From Bispira polyomma (taxonomy: Eukaryota), in NCBI GenBank assembly GCA_965649765.1, contig OZ287748.1, forward strand, positions 44,082,001-44,146,000: 64,000 nucleotides of DNA, in the 5' to 3' direction. Numbering within the stretch: position 1 is the first letter of the stretch; each line of letters opens with the position of its first letter. The translations under genes were made by a program, and so were the position numbers. This document shows, in pieces, positions 13,200 to 25,700 of the stretch. Under the pieces are notes generated by a model, which was given only the letters and a program-made list of their open reading frames with translations, was not told the DNA's origin and did no database searches.

Positions 13200-16100
13200 C
13201 CCAATGGTCTGGATTGTAACAGTGCACTTAAAGCAGTGACTGGGTGTACTATTGTTAGTTCACCATTGAAAATGTCATGGAAAGGGGTAGCATATACTTC
13301 ATTATTCCAAAAGCCCCTACATCCTGTAGGACATGCATCTAGATGCAGCTCGTTCGTGAATGGTATGATGACGTGTTAAATATATGTTATACCATTGAAT
13401 TTTTGGAGAAATTTTTTATACCATTGAAGGTCAGCTTTCATTTCTAGGGTGACCTTAAATCTTTTATTAGCCCCATTTCCTCTGGGAGCTGCTAAAAGTC
13501 TATTAATAAAAATACACTCTAGTGCTACACACTTATGAATATAAAGAAGTTGCCCTAAAAGGTATTGAAATTTTGTTTTAGAAATGTAGGTTTTATCATA
13601 AACCTCAACACATGTATTATATACTTCTGCCAGTTTCTCAGGTTGAATGCTCATATTGTCTTTTATGATATCGAAATCTATCCACAAGCATGTTAGTCGT
13701 GGGTGGGATAAGTTTGTCAGCATTCATCGGTAAACCGAGATTTGTCATTTAATCATGCAGTTTTTCAAAACCTGCCTGGGCGCGTTCGCTTAACGCAACG
13801 CAAACGTAATCGTCAATATATCCGAATACTCTGAAGCCCTGCTTTTCCATGTGTGATGTTATTGTGTCCATGCAACGCTGGAAAGCAGCACTGCCGTGTA
13901 CCCAGCCAAACGCAATTGCTAGATCTAGATAGTATTTATCATTCCAACATATACCTGGCTTTACAGCATTCACTGGATCAACTCTCAAGTTTCTGAATTT
14001 ATTCTTACATTGTCTTTTAGTAACGCCCCATATGGGTGGGACAAGTTCAGTATTACTCGACGCTTCGTGATATTCTTAGGCCTGGTTAATAATGGTGAGC
14101 AATTATACTGTAAATCCTTAACTTCTTCTACTGGCCCTAACATGGCCTCTAGTGATTTTTCTTTTTTCTGAATGACAGGGTGTGGATGTTGAAGTGCTGA
14201 GAAATTATTTTTCATATTGTTATTTCTGATGCCCTCTGGGCTTTCATGCCACAAAGAGAACCCAAATTTGATGTACTGCAAAAGCAGTTGATCTGGATAA
14301 TGTTTAAGTAATTTTTCCTATGCTTCTACGTGCAGGCCAGAACTGATTGGTCTTCTAGCCTGTCTGTAGTTAGCTAGGCCTGATAATGTCAGCTAATCTC
14401 TAAATTTCTCTAATTGACTCAATATGTGTTGCCTGTCTGTCAGGGCTCAGAAAGTAAAGTTTGTGGGTGAAAGTGCTATAAACCATGTGGTTTTATCAGG
14501 ATCATTGCAGTCAGTGACATTCCTGTTTACAGGCTCACTAACAGTGGAATTCATTAATTCCTTAAATTTTTTCTTTAGAGCACGGATTTGTGAATAAATT
14601 ACAAGGCGTATGTTTCCTGGAGTGGTCTCATTAGTCCAGTTTCTAGTTATGAAAAAAATAGCATTACTGGCTTGTAGCTTGTCTTCTACTGATATCAATC
14701 TATTAATACTAATTTGGTCTATATCACATGCAAATGTAACTTCAAGTAAATATATTTTTTGAAGGAATCCGTCAGGAACAAATTCAATAGGCATGTAACA
14801 GTGAAAACCAGCAGTTTCATCCCAGTCTTGGCAGAAGAAGTTTGAAATATGCACTATTGGAAGTGTTTTACCCCCCAATTTTGTACAAAGTTCCAATTTG
14901 TCATTTCAATTTTTACTTTTCAACTTTTACCGCTGTCATTTACACTGTCATTCATACATGTCAGATCATAAGCGCTATCAGATCTGTTATACTGAACCTT
15001 ACCGTCCTTGACTGCACTGAAAGTCCCCTTGTCAGGTGTATTATGCTGTGCATGCATACTCTCGACTGCTGGTCTAAATTTTTTATCTGAAACAGCTTTG
15101 ACATTAATAACATTAGATAACTCTTTATCCACATTGCTTACATTACAATACTTGTTTAAATTCTCCTGAATTACAGGTTTTGTCATCATTTCATCAGTTA
15201 CATTTTCTACATATTCATTTACTTGTGAGTTTTTATACTTATTGTCATATAGTTGATGCTGTTCAGTGCCAGCAGTTATGCTTATAGTTGACATGGTCGG
15301 TCTTATAAGAGCACTTTCCGTTGTTAAATAGTTTACATATTACCTTTGCCTCGTTCGAGCTCGCCCTTTGGCTGGGATTTGAATTTTAACTATGGCTGTT
15401 ATTTGCCAGTGCATGTTCAATCTGTTTAGGGCGCACCAGGTATTTTTCTGCTAAGACAGTGGACCCTCTTGGACCTCTTGCATATTAAGGACCAAGCCTG
15501 TCCTGACGACTGGCCATGGAAGCGAGGCTGCATCCAATAATGCATATACAAGTTGGTGCATCATACTGTGCATGAGAACGTTGTCTTGAACCTGGAGAGT
15601 GTTCGATATCTGTCCAGCAGTCCATTGCGGTAGAGTCAGCTGTCAGGCATTTCCCACAGATCCCCCTATCCATCCCTCATAGGGCCAACGAAACCGAGCA
15701 TCCACAGTTGTGACATCTGTGCTGTTAAAACGGCCCGATTTAGTTCTGGGATTCACCTTACCTTGTAAAAGGTGTCTGTGTGCCAATGTTTCATACTCTG
15801 CTAACTGGCGAGAAATGGCGGACTGGACACTGAGCATCGTCCTTAAGGCATCTAAACTGGGAACAATGCCGTCTCTCTGATATTCAAGTGAGTTCATGCT
15901 CTGTGGCTGGATCGGTGCGGTGAGAGAGGAACCTAACATCAGAACTGGTGTGGGTGGGACGTGAGTTCCCCCAAGTCCAAGCTGGCTTGGTAGCTGCGAG
16001 GTCTGAACCCCATTTAACCTGTGTAGTGAAGAAATTGGAGATTGTGACTGCATCGGTACTGTGTGAGCAATGCCTAAGGCATACTAAGATAGCAGAGAAT

Positions 16101-16930
16101 GTTGTAGTTCCTTAAGTATGGGTATGTGTGAAGACGTCAAAGAGGGCACGTTTGTGGCCGCCTGTGCTTCCACTCTTTTGATCCGTTGTGACAATGAGAT
16201 ATTGGACGATTTCAATCTTCTTAGTATAGATAACATCTTGTCAGAGCCCGAGTGAGAGGTCGTTGGTTGACCGAGTGTAGATGGAAACAGTGTATTGGGC
16301 CTAACCTCCTGTCGGAGAAAGGAGTCGTTTCCAGGAGCCATACTAGCAACCTTACTAAGCAAGGTGTGATCAATAGAATTTGATACCTGTTGAACCATGT
16401 CCTCTGTTAGTGTTAATACCTTGGCTCGTCTTGTCACTGGTTTCTTTGCCTTTGTTATACTGTGAAGTGGTGTTTTCGTTGTTTTCCCCATTTTAATATG
16501 TGTATAGTGTACTACACGTCATATAGCTAAAACCAATGTAAACTTATAAACTAAAATTCAGTATTTAACAATTCACTTCTTCTCATTTTAAATCCCAAAT
16601 TTAATATGGTGTCCCTTGTTCTAGCAGGAAGAAGGGGGCCATTCTAGCAATTCTTTTGGCTCGTCTAGAGATGGACAGAACGTGAGAATAATGTATGTGC
16701 TAACAAAATTTATTGTTAAGGTAGAGAAAACTAATGGGGTTGTGGACTGATATAGCAGGTGTCCTAAAGGTGTCCTGCTTACCAAAGACTTCAGGATGGT
16801 TGTTTGTCTGCAAGGTTTTTTAACCTGCCACTAAGAATCATACACACAGACGCAATACATTCAAGCGAGAACTATGTACATGCCCATATGTATAGAACCC
16901 CAGGATGGCATTGCACCCTGGCCGCCTGCA
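13200..16930 (-). mobile_element. Ngaro/DIRS-type retrotransposon copy 1 (gag, RT, RNase H; recombinase not seen)
   Basis: Gag MGKTTKT (16491) and SGRFNSTD..RWP; RT with SPLLTRPK..RRVILNL, AFGWVHGSAAFQR and GYIDDY; RNase H with ADLQWY..FNG and LHLDAC. Frameshifted. Ends approximate. Confidence 0.88.
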
Positions 16931-16944
16931 TTCCTGAATCTCTG

Positions 16945-18833
16945 ATAAGTACCCATGAGCAAAATTCTCAATCAGGAAATATCTTCATCAGCCTTAAGGT
17001 TTAAACACACACAGCCGCATCCGGATTTTTTGGCAGAATGGGATTTAAATCCCATATGGAATTTATCTTTTTTGTAGCTACACTAAGACGAATGATTCGG
17101 CCGGATCATGCATAATGAAGATGTTTTTCTTGGTCTAAATTTACCGCTAAAATAATGTAAACATACATATCATCGATGATAACACATCAGTTTGCAGCAG
17201 ATTTAACATCTACTCATTTACCTTTTTCAAGGTATGTGCATTTTTTATTTATGTTAAAACATAGAACTGATAAAAAACACTTGAACATGCATACTGTGTG
17301 TAAATAAATACTCTTAAAAAAGTATGTAGTGGTCGTTGTGACAACACGTGTTTCCTAATTTATGGTACATACTAAATGGCATTTTGTGGGTTGTTCCTAA
17401 ATTCAATGTTCAATTATTGTGTTCAAGTACTTAAGATAAATTAGGAATTGTTTGATATTTTTAAAGAGTTTATGGTTTATAGTTATATAATTATTTATTT
17501 CTCAAAGTCAATATGGTATTTACATATAAATAATATTTGATAATAAGGAAAATATAAATTATTAGATTGATGTCTTTTCTAAAAGTAAAACGCCCTAATT
17601 AATATCTCAATAGCTTTATAATAATAAGAATAATGATAATTTATAACCATAATAAAAAAAGGATAGTGAAATGTACAATGTAAAATTTTTGCAAAAAAAA
17701 AAGACTTTAAACATTATTGTCATTTGACCATTAAAACCATTCAAATATTTTATCTTATATACAGTTGTATAACCTGATGCAATGCTATGTTTAATTGTAC
17801 AGATTTATCCTCTCATTATATTAAGACACAAATCATAGACAACATACATGACACTACTACAAAAATATACGTTAAACAACTGTCACTGCTTTTATTTCAC
17901 CGGCTATTTATCAGAGTGGCTGTAAACAGTAAATGTTGTCAGGCACCAACGAGTCCTAAAAATGTAAACAACCTGATATCTCCAATTTGGTGGCAATTTT
18001 ATGCCAGATAACATCATTTATTTTCCTGTCTCTGTATTTCTTACAGGTCTTGTCGTACAGTGATGAACTCCTGACTTCTTGAATTAAAAGTTCTATTTTA
18101 ACATCTGGAAGAGATATCAATCCATATCTTTTAGCCATTTTGCAACTCAAAAAAATACAGGTATTTTTGGAAATCCGCTGAATATATCCATCCGTCTTGG
18201 ATTTAGAAAAAAAATCCATGTAAAAAAAGTCTGGGTGGGATCTATAGATCCACATACGGATTTGGCCCAGTGTGTCCCCCTACAGTATCCATGATGTACA
18301 ACTGGATCAGCGATCCGGATCCGCATCCAGATTTGGCTGTGTGTGTTTAGACCTTTAGTGAGAAGGAAGGAAAATTCCCCAAGTTAGATTTTCAAGGATA
18401 ATTGTTAGCATAGTTTAGTGTGTTTTTTTAATTCACTAATATTTGGATTTAATAGCCATATATCTAAAGCCTATATTTTTAATTTGGGACACAGCTATAT
18501 TATTAATTCTATATTTCGGAAAAAAAATTCTGCAGCTCTGTATTGGATTGAATACCAGAGAAAAATCACTCAGAATTCTTCCAAAGTGTGTGTCAAACCA
18601 TAAGATTTTATTAATGACAACAAGAATAGACTACAATACACAAGGTGAACTATAATTTTGTTCTACGTTTTCATGTTAATACTGAATTTTAATTCTGCTA
18701 ATGTATATTCATTGTCTTCATTCTGTAAAAAACAAAATCAATGGGACTTTTCTTCTCCCCCCCCCCCCTTACTTAGGCTGATGGGGAATTTTCGTGATGG
18801 GAACTTTTCCTGACGGGTACTTCTTCGTATACC
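16945..18833. mobile_element. Non-autonomous TIR element whose left arm is split by the Harbinger insertion
   Basis: 16945-16996 joined to 18358-18380 is an imperfect inverted copy of 18741-18822 (aagtaccc..catcagcct..aaa(a/g)t(t)ccc). Confidence 0.6.
16997..18354 (-). mobile_element. Non-autonomous Harbinger derivative carrying a MADF (Myb/SANT-like) exon
   Basis: 20-bp TIR aggt(t/c)taaacacacacagcc, TTA TSD (16994-16996, 18355-18357). ORF 17956-18255 has LIQEVR..LYDK..YRD..WHKIA..L. Confidence 0.9.
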
Positions 18834-19447
18834 ATAAGCAAATGTGTTACTGATGAGGTCACGCTGCAAGATAAAAGTGTTAGCAGTGGATACAATGGAA
18901 AGTAATGAGAAAAAAAGCTTTTGCTAATCAAAACTTTTTTTTTAATTTTAATGATGCTTTTTGAGCTTATGTAATATGGTTAATTTCAGTAATCATTATG
19001 CTGCCACTACAGATAATCTGTTAATAAACTTTTCAAGTTTTACATGTGAAACACATATTTACCTTGATCGTTTTGTATTGGTAGAATTATTGTTGAAATT
19101 CCTATTAGTATCCTTATTGGTCGCCTTCCCTTTTTACATTTACAAAGTTCATCTGTCTGCATTAATGATGTTTTTACCCTCAATACATAAATATAAACAT
19201 GTAGGAGGACATGAATTATAAAAACAATCTCTGATCTTATGCATTGATTTGCTCAATGATTGCAATGAAAGTACAAAACATAATGATAAATGTTTAATAC
19301 TTAACATTTAAAAAGCATATGAATTAAAAAAAAAACAATCAGACTTGCATGTATTTGACTGTGTGCATTGATTCACTGAATGATTGCAGTGAAAGTACTA
19401 TCACAATGAAAACTATTTTATTTTGAATATTGTTATCTTTGTTTTAG

Positions 19448-19735
19448 GTAACCTAATTGGCAGTCTTGAGTGGTGTGATCCAGATGTTGATATCCATATC
19501 GCATGTACTTCTTCATTAATAGAAGTGACACAGGCATTCTTTGGCTACACAGACAGTTGTGGTGAGAGTGAGTTCACTGTAAGGTGTACACAGAATGTGT
19601 TACCTGTTCTACAGACTAACTGTGATGGGTATTCATCTTGTAAAGTCAAGTGGAAGGCTGTAAGCTGTAACATGGTCACCTGTTATGATGAGGAATATGC
19701 GGTCAACTATATGAACTTCACTTACAGGTGTCAAG
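19448..19735 (+). CDS. Unit B SUEL/Gal_Lectin-like exon
   Basis: C..I.I.C...IEV.QAFFG...C...C.QNV..VL...CDG..SC.V...C...NYM.F.Y.C follows SUEL cysteine spacing; ttttag| and G|gtaac. Confidence 0.88.
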
Positions 19736-22700
19736 GTAACATTTTAACATAACGTGTGAAACTGACTAATGTGTTGTAGTAGACAACGTAATATGACTAA
19801 ATATAGTGAGCGAGAGTGAAATAATTGTGATATACAAGGTCAGAGCTACCTAACCATTTATCTTGGTTTAAGGTAAAATGTACCACAATTTTATGCAGTA
19901 TGTGTAGGGATATTATCACTTTATGCAATGTCAACTGTTTGTATTATATTTGATCAAGTTATACGATTACCAAGCTGTGGTGGCTTGTGGTTTTTTATGT
20001 TTGTGTCACAACCATTAGCCTCCCTTCAGTGTGGACTTGAATCCCATTTGTTTTTTTATGTGGGATAGTTTTTAGGTACTTGCCATTGGCCAGTGGTTTA
20101 GAGTGACTGACAATAGTTTCCCCCACCATTAAAGCTGGCGCCATGATATGACCTAGTATGTTAAAAGTAACACCAGATCCCTGTTCCCTAACTAGTTTGC
20201 TTGAGGAGCAAGCTTGTCATACCTAAGAATAAGGTCTATAGGAGAAGCAATGCTAAGCCAATGGCCAGTTTTGAGTATGGAAATGAAATTTTGACCTCAA
20301 GTTCAAAGGAATTATATTTAGTTAAAAGGATATTTAGAGGTAGTCAACATTTAGCTAGTAAATGTGTAAGCTAATCACGTGAGAGGTGAGGTAAAAAGCT
20401 TTGGTCCATGAATTAAGAGTTATTGTGTTTAACTAAGGAAGCAAACTTGGTAGTAAACTAGTTGGAACTAATATCAGATCAGTAGGCAACGTTTAACCTT
20501 GACATGGTAAAGATAGATTTGGACTTTTATTTTGTATAAATTAGTATAATAGTGTATAAAAGTTAATTGTTTACAATTTTAAAGTGAAACTTACTAAAAT
20601 TGTCCAATGAACCCAAAACCAAGTAAGAGGACGAAGGAATCACAGTAGGGAAAGTGGAGGAAATGCCTATGAAGTTTTCTGAAGATATTACTATCTTGAA
20701 GGACTATGCCATACACCACAGGACATTATGTTATGTAAGGAAACTTCATTATTTGAAGAGAAGGTTCTAATCTAATCTAATCTAGGTTGCCGCCGACCTC
20801 TGAATGTATGGAATTTATGAGTTTTAGGATCAATCTCTATGTATTGAAGGATGGACTTAAGTGAAAATCTAATAAATGGGTCAATGTTGGGATGCTTGGG
20901 GTCCACAGGTTTCCAATAAAGGAGAAGGATATAAGAAGGTCTTGGGAGTAATAGCGCTTTTAATACATAATAGTGTGTCTGAAATCTGAGGGAGCTGTAT
21001 CCCTTGAGAATGTGATCTGTTATTCATTTTCGTGACGTAACTCATTTCAATTAAATGTTAGGTCCAGGAGGCCAAAAAATAAGGTCATTCCTGTGTAAAT
21101 GTTTTGGTTTGATCAAACCGAGCTATGGAGTGTAAGGCCAAAATTAGACATCTTAAAGAAGCCATAAAAAGCAACTAAGGACAGAGCCCTACATAAATTT
21201 GGATCATTGAGAATGGAACAGGCTGCAAAAAAAAATCATGGACTGAAAAATAGTTTTTGTGCGTGGCCTGAAGGAAAAATTTATGGTCAGACCTCTCAGA
21301 TAGAATGATATTGAGTTATGGTTGCAGATTTAGAAAGAAAAAAGAAAAGAAAAAAGAAAAGAAAAAGTTCTTCCAGAAATTCCCAAATTGAGTGTAATGT
21401 ATAATGCTAGCTGAGCTCTGAAATGGGCTGAATATGCTTATGATGTAGATGGTCCGAGTGCTAAGTTGATCTTAAAGGTAACAGCCTGGAGGTTATGCGA
21501 TTAATCCAGGTTGGATGCTGTGATTTGTGAATTTGATACTTAGTTATTCAATGATGAGAGTCCTGGCAGGAGTAAATACGGGACAAGGTGTCTGTATAAA
21601 TATTGTCCTTTCTCTCAATGTGTGTAATCTTAACCAAAATTTCCTTATATATGCAACCAAAACTGTTTGCTCAACTTACCTCTGTTAAAAAGTAATACCA
21701 CAGCCTTGTTGTCACTTTCATGAGCTGATTGATTATCCTGCACTTTTAAAGCTATTAAGATGCTGAGCATCCACAGGTGAGTGGCCCATACCTCTCCTAA
21801 ACCTGTGAGACATGCATCAAGGTGCAGTTCATTAGACTGTGGAATGTTGTGATATGTGATACAGTAAGTGCCATTATAACTTGGAAGACAGTTAAAGAAC
21901 TAATTCAAACCTAACTTTATGTTGGGCGAAATTTTGGAATGTCAATACTGTGGAAAACTCAAACTATTTCTTTAACATTTAATAGTCATTTGTATGCCAC
22001 TCCAAAAGTACACTTGCTTAAATATACAGCTAGTTTGAAAACAAAGTACAAATATTGTATGATGTGTATATTTGATTTTTTTCAGGGATGTCAAAAAAGG
22101 AAAGGGACATAGAAACTTGTGATGACTGGATTACAACACAGACAACAGACAGCCGTTTAGCATCAACATTAACTTACACGTAATGTTGTGTTTGTTTTAT
22201 ATCAACTTTTACCAACTATGTGATTAGGAATGATCTGCTTAAAGCAATGATAAAACAGTCACATATAAAAATAGGAACAGCATTCTTTCATGTATACGTT
22301 TCCCATATAAATCCTATATAATTACTGCTCCTGGGATTTCAGCTTTACATGTAATGGTTATGAAAAACGTTATAATGTACTTATAATTCTAGCAGTCAGG
22401 ATCTATCATCATCAAGTTTAAATACTAAGCCAGAATCTAATACGACACTTGAAGTGAGAGAAACAACAAATACTGTAGCTTCAAATACAATGGATGATCA
22501 GACATCAGATACACCAAATCCTGGATTTTCCAGTAGTGTTGTGCCCGCAAAAAAAACATTCAACAATGATCAAGGTGAGTCAGCTCATGGATATGTGACA
22601 GACCTGTATCAATTATTTTTACAAGAATACAGTATCTAAAGCCCTAGGTTCTATTTCTTTAGTTATGCCCCCGGTCAATTGTGTTTATGGGGCATTCATA

Positions 22701-25700
22701 TGTTGGTCTGTCTGTCCCTCCACCTGTCTAGTCAGAAAACTCATCTATTATTTCCACTTGAGGAATGTGTAGTCCTTCCGTAAACTTCGCTAAGCATCCA
22801 ACCACACAATACATTAAATAATTGTGAATATCATGAACAAAATATATGAAATTGGAACATTTCTTTAACTTTGTATTTAGTCTCTGGATAAACACAGGGT
22901 CGAGCAATGTGGTCCGCAATCACATATTTTCTTAATTCAGGAATGTACTGGGTTTATAAAGCTTCACCAATCAATGAAACAATCCATAATCACATTGTTT
23001 ATGTAAAAACATGTTCATATGCTGACAGGGGCAATTTTTGTTATGACACATATTTTTAGTAAACTGCTGAAAACACAGGATCGCACAATGTGGTCTGTAC
23101 TCACCTATTTTTTCAGTTAAGAAATATACTGGCTTTCTGAAACTTCACCAAGCAATGAAATGCACCATTATCTCATTGTTTATGTAAAAACATGTTCATA
23201 TGCTGACAGGAACAGTTTTGGCTGTGAGACACATTTTTAGTAAACAGCTATAAAATGACTGCACGACACTACATGGGAAGACATGGCACGGTACAACAGT
23301 ACTGGTCATATCAAAACACAACACATTACTACATAATCCATCTAAATATTGGAGGAAGTTCAATATGAGTTTAAATAATCATGCAGTGCACCATAATACA
23401 ATATATGCCAAAACACAATGTTTTCTAAAGATTTATTCAAGTTCAGTTGCCGTGTATATTATCTTATTTCTAATGTTTTGTCGTGTCGTGTAGTCGGTTG
23501 TGCATAAAGACCTTTATACATGTATTAACTTGTACTTGCTCACTAGATAAGTATTTACTGCTATAACTGACAAATATATGATATGTTAATTGGAATAAAT
23601 TAATTTGTGGAGTTTTAAATATGTTAGCTATTAATTCATTACTTCTTTTTCTCATAAATAACTTGATTTTGTGTGTTAATAATTATCATATCTGGATCAG
23701 TAGCTTCCATTAATATATATAATTAAATAACCTGTGTTCAATCTGTGAAACCAGTCATCCACGTAATGGCTTAAACTTTTACGTAATATTGAGGCAATAT
23801 ATGTAAATATCGACCACAAATTCAGGGATTACGCATAATAATTAATGGTCACAGGCACTATGCAAAATAACTAAAAGTTGTAGTTATGACTGATTTTAAA
23901 GATTGACTTAACATATATACAATTTACTAATTTGTAAATACAAGTTATAAACATGTTCTCTTGGTTTAATAGCTGGTAGATACGGCTTAGTAAGTGACCA
24001 TTACCAGTTAGTATAACAAAAAAAAATTTATGCCTGATAGCTTATGTAGTAAATAATAATAATAAATACTTTTACAATTTTCCAAGTTTACTGGATGCTA
24101 GATTACTAAATTTAAATTATGACTAAATTTGACTTTCCTTGCTCCACATGCTTACTGTATTTTTTTATTTTTTCAACATTAAAACCTGCATTTGTAGAAT
24201 GGATCATTTATGCTGCAGCTGGAGGAGGAGGAGCTGTCTTGCTACTTGTTGTAATAGTTAGTGTGGTTTTTTTCTGGTTGCGAAAGAGGCAAGTACAGTG
24301 TCTTTAAAATATGGAGACATCAAGAGTAAATATCCATGTATATCACCTTCACATATTATACTGCAAAGTATTTAAACGAGATTGGGTTGATTTATATCAG
24401 CACTTCAGACATATTACTGAAAAGTATCAGCAATTGCAGAATTATACAACTAATCAATTAATTTCAAAAGACTTTGTTTGTTAATGTTTTACATATATCT
24501 ATATACTATTGTAGTTGCATGAATTCTCAAACAGCAGAAAACTTTTATAATCAATGTCCAGTCAAACTATTTATGTATACACATACATTACCTTTGATTT
24601 CAATATCTGACTCTGTGGTCTTGTGGATGACACACTCGCTCAGAAACGTGGAGAACCAGGGTTCAATCCCAGTCTTAGACAACCAGGTACAAACTGATGC
24701 CACTCTATAAGTTGTAGGTTAACGAACTATGGGGATGCTGATCAAAGGTCATCCTCTGTTTTCAGTCATATTAAACAGTACACTCTATAAATGAATTTTT
24801 TTCAGAAATTCGTCCAAGTCATCCCGTACAAACTCCAGACATGATAATATGGAAAACGGATATCCCATGGTTCAAACAACGATTCAAAATGGAGGCCCTG
24901 ATTTAGACCAAATTCCAGAAACAAATCCCAATAACGCAGACACCATACCTGATGTCTGCACTTCTGATTACAAGACTGCAGCCACCATCGTCATTCAACC
25001 TGAAGGCAATGATAACAAAAATAATGAAACTGCCAAGGACACTAGAAATGAGACGCCTGTTGTGCCTCCTAAAATGGAAGATATTGAGAAGCCAGAAAAT
25101 TGTCATGAGTTGTATGCAGCTGTTTCCAAAGCAGTCTCACAATCACCAAGCACTAAACTGGGTAAATCAGAAGAGACTAGTTATGATGATGAAACTTATA
25201 TCTACAATAATCAAGACAAACCTGTTGTTCCCCCTAAACTGATGAATGTTAAAACAAATCACAAAATGGAAGACATTGCTGAACCTGGAGAAGTTACCCA
25301 TCTTGACTATGTTGAATCATATGCAAAGGCAAATGGAGATGAAATAACAAAGGGCAAGCCTTCAGTAAAATTAAACCAGAGCAGCAATAGTAGTGCCAAA
25401 GTGAGTAGAGATAAAGAAGAGTATGATTATGCTGAGATGAGAGTAAGGCAGGGTACGGTGAAAGTGTCTACAGAAGATCAAAAAGACAAAATGTACTCAG
25501 ATATTGACAATGATGAAAAGAACTATGATGATGTCTCAGATTCTGAATATGCTCTTGAAAAAGCTGTTCCGAATTATAGTGGGGCTGGTGATGAAAATGA
25601 AACTGGTTTATCTCATGCTGAATATGAACAGGAACTACAAATACTGGAAAGTACACCTGTGAATCCTCCTGACCCAGCAAGCACAGTCGACCATGTGCAT

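Noticed and set aside
18369-18380. kappaB-like site (GGGGAATTTTCC on the minus strand) upstream of the B lectin exon
   Set aside because: It lies in a transposon arm, far from any identified start site, and such short matches arise by chance.
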